A stretch of 64,000 nt of DNA from the human T2T-CHM13v2.0 reference genome, Homo sapiens, in NCBI RefSeq assembly GCF_009914755.1, contig NC_060928.1. One strand, 5' to 3'. The notes beneath the pieces are model-generated. The model did not search any database. It was not told where the DNA came from and saw only the letters and a list, made by a program, of their open reading frames with translations. Shown in pieces: positions 54,952 to 64,000 of this stretch. Every line of letters starts with the position of its first letter. Position 1 is the first letter of the stretch. The position numbers were made by a program, and so were the translations under genes.

Positions 54952-55739
54952 TAAAATTTTTTTAAATTAACTCACAATCATTGTAATCACCATGAACTGT
55001 TAGTAACATCCTAACTTGGGATACATTCTCCTTTCACCACTCCAAACTCTAATTTACAAAATGAGGAAAGGGAATATAGAGCTACTCTGCAACCAAGGGA
55101 TAAGAGAAGTTTTATAAAAATATATTACCTAAATACAATGCCTACTAACTTTGTTTTGAAGTTCATCCAAAACAGTTAAACAATTAAAGCAGCAAGTACC
55201 TAGTGCGACAGGCTCTGCTGGGAGCAGAATGAAGACAGTCTAACCAAAATTGTAACTCTCCCTTTCAGAACTCCCTAATCATTTAAAAGGTAGGCTCTTG
55301 AGCAAATTGCTTAGTCTTTCTCTACTTCAGTTTCCTCATCTATAAAACAGGTAGGGTAATAGTGCTTATCTCATCTACGGTTTGTAAGCATTAAGCCAGT
55401 TCATGTAAAATGTATTAGCAGTGCCTGGCATGGAGTGAGCACTCAATAAATGTTAGTTTTAATCAGCATGATTTCAATATATTAATTTTATTCTAAAATG
55501 TATTTCTTGCCAAATAATATCGCTGCAACTGTTTTTGTAGAGGGGCTTCTGCCTATTTCCTGGGCCTGATTTTATTACACATCAATAGCCCCCTCTCCCC
55601 ATTGGAATGGTTCTTTCAGCCATCTAAAAGAGATGTCATGTCCTCAATCAGATTCCTTCTGACCACTCTTGTTTTCAATATTTTATAATATTTTAAACAC
55701 ATATATATTTCTAAAGACATAAAATACTCCCTTTCCACT

Positions 55740-56441
55740 CCTAGTGGGCATACTGGAATACAGTTCTGACACTAACTACCCAGCATTAGCATCAGATTCC
55801 ACAGGATTAAGGGTTCAGTCCTCTGCAAAACTGCCCTCACTTCAGATGTCAGTTCAAGTGTCGGGAATCACCTGCACTTCTGGCCAACTGGCTATAAATT
55901 TAGGAGTTTTCATGACCCTCTGAAATTAAAGAATTCCCCAGAATGATTCACAGAACTCACTGAAAGTGCTATCCTTATGAATGCAAGTGTATTATGAGGG
56001 ATACCCATGGGCAAGCTCTGGAAGGGTCCTGGACCCAGAGCCTCCATGCCCTCTCCCTGTGGCATCAGGGCACCTCACCCTCCTTTGTGTCAGTGTGTTC
56101 AATAACCAGGAAGCTCCTCTGAGCCTCAGTGTCCAGAATTGTAATTGGAGTTCCATTATGTAGACACGAATGATTGATTAAATTATTTGTTACATGATTG
56201 AACTCAATCTCCAGCCCCTCTTTCCTCCTCAGAGGTCTGGCTGACCAGAGTTGCAACCCTGTGATCACAGGGCTAATCTTTCTGGAGACCAGCCATCATT
56301 CTAAGGCTATCTAAGGGTCTACCATGAGTCACCCCAATTGCATCACAAAGTCACTCCTATCACTCAGGAAATTCCAAGGGTTTTTGAAGCTCTATGCCAA
56401 GAACCAGTGCAAAGACCAGATACATTCCTAATTATACTACA
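55740..56441 (-). mobile_element. MER21-like LTR
   Basis: CACTCCTATCACTCAGGAAATTCCAAGGGTTTT...AAAGACCAGATACATT...TACTACA end; 5' boundary approximate. Confidence 0.7.
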
Positions 56442-58924
56442 CATCTATAACTCACATTAAGGCACACAGTTTCCAATATATATTCTTTTATTTTTGACTA
56501 ACATTATATTAAAAATAAATAAAGTTATATTAATACCAATGGCCCTGGCTATTTATGTTGATCAGAAGCTCTGATTGTTAGATGTATTTTTCATATGTGG
56601 GAAAAATAGGAAAATGAATTAATGTTTGGTAATAAATATAGATTAGCAAGGCAGAATCATTCAAAACATGGGATCCATATAGAAGATACCGAAAAAGGGA
56701 TCCGCGGTGGTAGAAATGTTGGGAAAGGCTGCCAGGATGGACCCTTGCAGATAGGAAAAGCTAATCTATGATCAAGTGTTCATGGTGAGAGAAGGCACAG
56801 CCCCCCTTCCCTCCCGAACACTTCCTCTCTGGTGGGAACAAGATTGGTGCAGTTTGACATATGAGGACACAGTCATCTCATTTCCACTGTTAACCCAGAG
56901 GAATGGCAGTAGTGGTAGAGGCTCTTAGGAAAGGTGCAATGTGCTAACATGAGAGAGAAATTTGGGAAGATAATGCCTTTCAAATTCTGTCCCATAGAAG
57001 ACACCAGCCCTGGGCATTTGGATGCTGTTGTTCCTGGGTTCAAAGAGTTTGTGAGTGTCCTGTCCAGTTTCATACTCCTTGCTTTGACACAGACATCCCA
57101 TTAGACCTTTCTTTCCTGATGTGATTGCTCTTCTTTGCTATGCAAATTTAAAACGTGTGAGGAGAAAGCTGTGTTCATGCATGTGAATATGCTGAACTCC
57201 TCCTCTGGTCTCCCTCACATCTACCACATCCAGGAATGGAAGATCAAGCTTGGTGACTATTTTCACTGAAAGAGACTTTTCACATCCCAAGCAGAACAGG
57301 CATCTTTCCTGGTTAGGTGCTGTTCAAGTCTGCTGTGTGTTTTAAACCATGTTCCCTGAAGCTGCTTTAGGTAAATATTGGCATTCAGACAGGTACACAA
57401 ATGGTCTTTTGCAGAAAGTTGATTTAAAACAGGTTAGACCTGGATTTCAAATCAAAACATTTAAGCTTTGTTTTGGGACAAAGCCTGGAAAGTTTCTCAT
57501 CTGAGTGAGAACAGAGAGGCTTCCTAGGAATGAGTGGAATGAACACTAAAAAGCTGTTCTTTGCCATTCTCTGATGTTAGCCCAACTGTGAAGGAGGGAG
57601 GGTCCCTCTTTTATATTTAATCATGATAAAACTATAGTATGCAAAGCTAATGTTTAACCATTGGAAAAGCCTGGTAAATCAGAGGTAAAGAGGAAAATAA
57701 AAAGCTCTAGATCAGAGGAAGGAATGTAAAGTGGAGAAGGTATGATTTATTCTCTTGAAAGTCTATTTTTTTGGTGGATGTAAAGCAGTTAGAAAAAAAA
57801 GAAGTATATAGAGTACTGAGCAATAAAATGAATACACAGGTCTCACATGAATTATAAGAGAATAAATCAAAAGAGGAGAAAATTCTCAAGTCTATCCCTT
57901 CATTATCAGATCTTTATTTCTTTCATTTGTAACTCTTTGTGTTTGATTCAGTACCTCACGTAGGTTCTGGAGGCATGTTTAAATAGGAGTAGTGACAGTC
58001 CCATGTGAACAGGGTTTAAGAAAGGTGAAGATTGCATTTGTAGAATTTTTACCATATGGCATGGAGCTCTGAAAAGTCTGACACCGGCATTTGAGAATTA
58101 TTGAAAGAAACAGGATGCAGAACAAGAAAGCATTTTTAATTCATTTATTCACTCAACTAATATTTACTAACTATCTTTTATATGCCAGATATTGGCTCTG
58201 GCAACACAGCAGAGAAAGAGAAATAAAAAGGATGGCACCTACATTTTATTAGGGAAGACAGACAATAAATGAAGAAATAAATGTACAGTATAAAAAGACA
58301 GTTTTAAGTGCTCTGGGGAAAAGTAAAGGTGGATAATAAATATGATGGGGGGTGTGATTTTCTGCTCAGATATAGGAGGAGAAGTCAACGTGGCATGAGA
58401 TGGTGAGCTGAGGGAATATCTCGGGAAAGAGCAGCCAGGCAGACGGAATGATAAGTGTAAGCCCTGAGGCAGATGGGCAAGACACATTTGAATGCAACAG
58501 GAAGATTCCCACGAAGCAAAAACAGGGATACAAGATTACAAGGGGATTGGGGGAGGTATTACAATTCTCTTTTATGGTACTTTATTATCCTCCAAGGGCC
58601 ACAGAGAGTCCCAAGAAGTCTTCACATGGACTGTTCAAGGAGTTTCCATTCTCTAGGTTTACTTTACATTAGGAAGCATTCTTAAATTTGCTGCAACTTC
58701 TTGTTGGGATTATCGCTTTTTAAAAAAACTCATAAATAACCCATAAAATAATGCATTTACCATCATGTCCAGTAGACATCATTTACCTTGGCCATTTATG
58801 TAAAAAGTATTCTGCCCAGAATATTACAAACAGGAGACATCCCTGATCCCAGTCCCTCACAGGTTTCTCATCCTCATAGGAGTGAGGTGGATAGAGTAAG
58901 TGTCCCCAAATCCTGCAAAGCCAG

Positions 58925-59283
58925 TGCTGTGGTCTAAATGTCTGTGTCGTTCCCCCTCCCCCACCAACCTGCCCCTTATTCATAGGTTGAAATCCTGACC
59001 TTCAGGATGATTGGGCGATGGGATCTCTGGGGGGTGATTAGGTTAGGTGGGGATTATTGCCCTTTTAAAAGAGGTCTGAGGGAGCTTGGTCACATCTGCC
59101 ATGTGAGAACACAGCCAGAAGGTGCCGTATATGAACCATAAAGTGGACCTTCACTAGACACTGAATCTGCTGGCACCTTGATCTTGGAATTTTAGCCTCC
59201 AGAATTGTGAGAAATAAATTTTTATTATTTATAAGACACCCAGTTTGTGGTATTTTGTTATATCAGCCTGGAATGCTAAGACA
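58925..59283 (+). mobile_element. MaLR LTR (MST/MLT1A-like)
   Basis: TGCTGTGGTCTAAATGT...CAGCCTGGAATGCTAAGACA with an internal AATAAA. Confidence 0.8.
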
Positions 59284-60555
59284 GACAGCCACCGTTCTCT
59301 AGCCAAGGGCCATTTAAGAAGATGTGGATTCTGCACTTCAGTGAGCCAAATTCCCTATATTTCTCCATATATCCAGGAAGATATAAATTCTCTATATATT
59401 CCTGTTAGATTGCAGGACCCTTAGACAGGGACGTCTCCCGCAGAAGTTACACATGCACAGGGCTGAGTATGTGGCCAGAATAGCCATGTTAGTCTTCAAA
59501 TCTTTGTGACCCTTGGCCAAGAGAATTTGGTCAAGAACTCTTAACTAGGTTAAGCACTTTACTTTGATTGTAGAACAAAGAGATAATCTACAAATACTGG
59601 TGCTAGATGACTCAAAAGAAGATTAATACAAATTATTTATAATCTGCTTTAAACAAATACATGAAAATTATTCTGAGAAAGATGTTCATGTTAATAAAGT
59701 CTCTGGGGAGGCCAAGTGTTTCAAACTCAATCCAGATAGTTGGGTTTGCTACCTTTGTCAGAGAAACCCTGAGCGCTTGGAGAGACAGGAAGGAAGATGT
59801 AACAGAATCACCAGACACAGTCATGCATTTCATGTCTCCAGTGTACTAGAAAACACTCAGCTTCTGAAGTATCTCCCAAATCTCCCAGAATACAATAGGA
59901 ACTTTGATTTCTAGACTATTGATACTTGAAGGAAGCAACTCATCGGGCAGCCAACCATCTAGTGTAGAGCTTGGAGAAAGTCCACACTGTGAGATGTCAT
60001 TGTCTTGCTTTCATATTCTTACTTAGCAAACTAATTCACAGTTATGTATTAAGCCCCTATCTGGGGACTGAGCACTGGGCTCCCAGCTGGATAAATAGGA
60101 ATGAGTGAAACAAATGTCTCTGCCTTCTGGAATTTTATTTTAGAGGGGGTGGAGAGACAGATATAAACAGCGAGAGGTATTACTCAATGCTGAGTGCCCT
60201 AACAATGGAGAGGTGGCTGAGATGCAGAATAACAGTAGAAGACCTACTCAGATCAAGTGCCAAAGAAGATCTGTTAGAGAAGATGGTCTTTAAGGAGAGG
60301 ACTGAAGGTAAAAATCATTCCAGTTAGAGAGAACAACACAAACCAAGGCATTAAGGTGGGAAAGAGTTCATTGTATACCAGCTTGACTTTCAAAGAACTG
60401 AAGTGTGGGAACTCTACCTCTCATCTGGAGAGAGTGGCTCCAGATAAGAGTCATGAAGGTGGTTGGGCCAAACCATGCAGGGCCCTATGGACCAGTGTAA
60501 GGAGTTTGGACTCTATTCAGTGTGAAATAGGGGAGTGACAAGATCTGACTTAGAT

Positions 60556-60844
60556 TTTTTTTTTTTTTTTTTTTGAGATGGAGTCTCGCTCTGTTGCACA
60601 GACCAGAGTGCAGTAGCACGATCTCAGCTCACTACAACCTCTGCCTCCTGGGTTCAAGTGATTCTCCTGCCCCAGCCTCCTGAGTAGCTGGGATTACAGG
60701 CACCTGCCACCACGCCTGGTTAAATTTTGTATTTTTAGTAGAGGCAGAGTTTCATCATATTGGCCAGGCTGGTCTCGAACTCCTGACCTCAGGTGATCCA
60801 TCCCAAAGCACAGAGATTACAGGTGTGAGTCACCCCACCTGGCC
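60556..60844 (-). mobile_element. AluS
   Basis: Antisense dimer with a small internal deletion; TSD GACTTAGAT. Confidence 0.93.
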
Positions 60845-61927
60845 CGACTTAGATCTTTAACAGATCCCTTGGCTGCTATGTGGGAAATGGCTGGAGATGG
60901 GAAGTAGGAAGTAGAGAGGAACATGACTCAGATGTTCAAGTACGGGAGAGCGATGATTGTGAGTTGGACAAGAGCAGGAGCAAAGAACCTGGGGAGGAGC
61001 GCCCATGCGATTATCTTCTTAAAATAATCTCAGCAGGCCTTGCTGATAGATGGAATTCAGAGGGAAATGCAGGTGAAGGAATCAAAGGGGACTCCCAGGT
61101 TTCTGGTGGCTGATGATTGCTCCTTTTACAGGGATGGGGAAGGTTGAGGAAACTGAGCAAATTGGCGATGAGCACAGAAACTGGAGCCAGATTGCCTAGG
61201 TTCAAATCCTGGCTGTGCCACAAACTACCTATGTGACCTTGGCGAGTGTCTTAACCGCTCTGGACCCTCTTTTTTCTCCTCTATAAAATCACGGTATTAA
61301 TTGTACCTACCTCATAGGGTGGTTTTGAGGATTAAATGATCAGGTATATGTAAAATACAAGTAAGTACTATGTAAGTGTCAGAAGGGGGAAGAAATAGCT
61401 TGGGAGGAAACAATGAGTTGATATAGGAGATAATCAAAACAAATACATGGAGGAGACATTGAATATACCAGACCAGTGCTCAGAACTGAAGTCTGGGCTA
61501 GAGCTATAATGTGGGATTTTTCTGTATACAGAAGAGGGAGTGGAAGAAATAACCCACAGCAGGATTAGAGGGAAAGAAAAGAGAGAGCCACTTTCCACTT
61601 TAGAATTGCGTATTTTATAGAGGTCAGACAAAGGTGAGTGCATCCTGGAGAGGCGGGAAGAAACCTAGGAGGTGAGGCACAGGAGCCAATGGAAGGCAGG
61701 CTAGCTGTGAGTGACACATGCTCCAAGGGGTCAAGGCTTCTTATTATAACTCATGTGTCATGGAAAATACAACATCAATGGCTTGTTTGTCCCTGTCTTC
61801 CCTGATTTCTGAATCTCATTCATCTTTCTACTCCATCCCACACCCTCCTCTGTTCTCACATTCCAGTCCTCTTGCTCTGACACTGCCCTGATGATGAAAT
61901 CACTCTATTTAAAAAAGAAAAGCTGAA

Positions 61928-62394
61928 CTATTCACAGTAGCAAAAATATGGAATAAAACTAAGGTTTATCAACAGAGGATTGAATTAAGAAAATGAATGT
62001 AGAATACTATACTATACTATACTATACTATAGAATACTACTCAGCCACTCAGCCACAAAAAAAAAAAAAAATGAAATCATGTCTTTTGCAGGAACATGAA
62101 TGGAACTGGAGGCCATTATCCTGAGTGAAATAACTCAGAAGCAGAAAGTCAAATACCACTTATAAGTGGGAGCTAAACAATGGGTACACATTGATATAGA
62201 GAACGGAATAATAGAGATTGAACACTTCAAAAGGTGGGAGGGTGGGAGGGGCTAAGGGCTGAAAATTACCTATTGAGCACAGGGCTCACTAGTCGGGTGA
62301 CGGGTACACTAATAAAAGCCAAGACTTCACCACCATGCACCATCTGCATGTAAGAAATCTGCACTTGTACCCCCTAAATATTTTTAAGAAATTT
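61928..62394 (+). mobile_element. 5'-truncated L1 (L1PB/L1MA-like 3' end)
   Basis: GAACTGGAGGCCATTATCCTGAGTGAAATAACTCAG; 17-bp TSD AAAAAAGAAAAGCTGAA (61911-61927 and 62395-62411) at a TTT/AAAA endonuclease site. Confidence 0.9.
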
Positions 62395-62771
62395 AAAAAA
62401 GAAAAGCTGAAAAGTATGAATATTTTTTCTTTGAGTGAGCCCAAGAACAAATATAAACTTTTTCTTCAGAACTTTGGACACATTATGAACAAAGCCATGT
62501 TGTCAGCCTGGCATATCTCAGGGATCCCAGCGTCTGCCAGTCTTGCCTGCTGTGGACGTTCAGCACCGCCTACTCCTTACTGCCCTGTGGGCTGCAGAGC
62601 ATGCCTGCGGTGGTGGTGGGAGGCTTCTGTTTGTGCATCATCTTCCATAGGCACAGTGATCATTGCCAGCCAGTGGCACTTCTAAGTGAGGAGGCTCTTA
62701 GGCGAGGCCCCCAGGATTTGCCCTGTAGGAACCGCTTGGTTACCAGTATTTTTCTCTGGCCTTTACCTGCT

Positions 62772-63693
62772 GTATTAGTTTCCTAGGGCTGCTGTAATAA
62801 AGTACCACAAGCTGCTGGTTTCGAATGACATGAATATATTATCTCACAGTTCTGGAGGCCAGAAGTCTAAAATCTAGGTGTGGTCAGGGCCGTCCTCCCT
62901 CTGAAAGCTGTAGGGGAGAACTTCTTAGCCTCTTCCTGGTTTCTAGTGGTTTACTGGTATAGGGGAGTAACAGTAATCCCCATAGGTTCTTAGTTGGAAA
63001 GCACCTTTGTTACAAAAGACAGATTGACAAGAGAAAACCAGACAGAAGTTTATTAACATGTGTATTTTGAGTATACATGGAGACACCAAGAGAATGAGTA
63101 GTTTTCAGAGGTGGCTTTGAATTTCAGCTTATATAGCATCTTCAACAAAGAACAGTAAATTTTTTGTAACAAGACAATAGAAAAGGACCTTTGAATCTCT
63201 GTGGGCAGCAACTTGCAGGTGGGGCAGTGAAGAAAGGCAAATAACTTGCAGATAAAGGTTAGTTAGTACAGCTTGCTAATATAAATTCTTCTAATACCAT
63301 TGTCAGGCTGATAAGGGTCTTAAACTATCTTCAGTCTTTAACCTTTGTTCTCCCTGGTAGTCAGGAGGGCAGAATACCTTTTGTCTTCATAAATCTTTGT
63401 CCTGCTTTTAGGCAAATGGAGGAAAGATATCTCTTGAGTATCTGTTTCTTCTTGTCTTCAACAATCCTTCATGTTTTGAAGAGGCACATTCTGGTCTCAT
63501 ACTGGCAGCTCGCAGCTGCGTAACTCCAGTCTCTGCCTTCACCATCACATCACATTCTTTCTGTATGTCTCTGCCTTTACATGGCTGTCTTATAAGGATA
63601 CCAGTGGTATTGGATTGGGGGCCTGCCACTGTGACCTCATCTTAATTAATTACATCTGCAATAACCTGGTCTCCAAGTAAGGCCACATTCTGT
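62772..63693 (-). mobile_element. MLT1-type LTR interrupted by a second LTR
   Basis: TGTATTAGTTTCCTAGGGCTGCTGTAA...GACACAATTCAACCCATAACA. Confidence 0.85.
62958..63501. mobile_element. ERV1-type solo LTR (MER31/MER67-like) nested in MLT1
   Basis: 4-bp TSD CTGG (62954-62957 and 63502-63505); ACAAAAGACAGATTGACAAGAGAAA motif. Confidence 0.65.
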
Positions 63694-64000
63694 GGTACTG
63701 TGGGTTAGGACTTTAAGGTATTTTTTTGGGGAGACACAATTCAACCCATAACACCTGCCTCACTTGACTGCATTTTATTTCAGGGCTGTTTACAGTAAAC
63801 TTTCTTTGGTTTTGAAAAATGCTTTTTACTGGAAAAATTGAACAGGAAGTCTTAACAATTTCCAAGTTTGATTGCTTTATTTTTTATAATCTACTCCATT
63901 TTTCCTTGTATCATAAAGCTTCATGACCCAACATAGCATCTTGACATTGAACAGAGAGCCATCGTTTCTCCCCGGCTCTTTGAGAGCTCCTTGTCCTGGA

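Noticed and set aside
61999-62055. (ATACTACTAT)n and CACTCAGC short repeats
   Set aside because: Local slippage inside a degraded L1 3' fragment.

Overview
Primate, most likely human, genomic DNA. The + strand carries the last 13 coding exons of FRAS1 (exons 62-74 if the 74-exon model is assumed). All splice sites are canonical and phase-consistent, and the spliced frame gives 907 aa ending in a furin-like site, a TM helix and the PDZ motif -TEV, followed by a ~3.1 kb 3'UTR with AATAAA at 39810. After a ~7.5 kb spacer holding a three-armed Alu and a full-length SVA with 14-bp TSDs lies the CpG-island promoter, non-coding exon 1 and first coding exon (MASIW) of ANXA3; its exon 3 is beyond the window. 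The rest is interspersed repeats. No new gene family or prokaryote-type system is supported. The best leads are: (1) an antisense L1 5'UTR whose ORF0-homologous frame ends at a strong donor in frame with the next FRAS1 exon, predicting a 965-aa ORF0-FRAS1 fusion; (2) a perfect 19-bp Hsmar1/SETMAR site just upstream of the ANXA3 promoter; (3) a reconstituted 5' splice site at the start of FRAS1 exon 67; (4) an AATAAA cluster in the last FRAS1 intron that could give a TM-less isoform; (5) the intergenic SVA. These are hypotheses from sequence alone. Gene names, exon numbers and repeat subfamilies come from recognition, not database searches.
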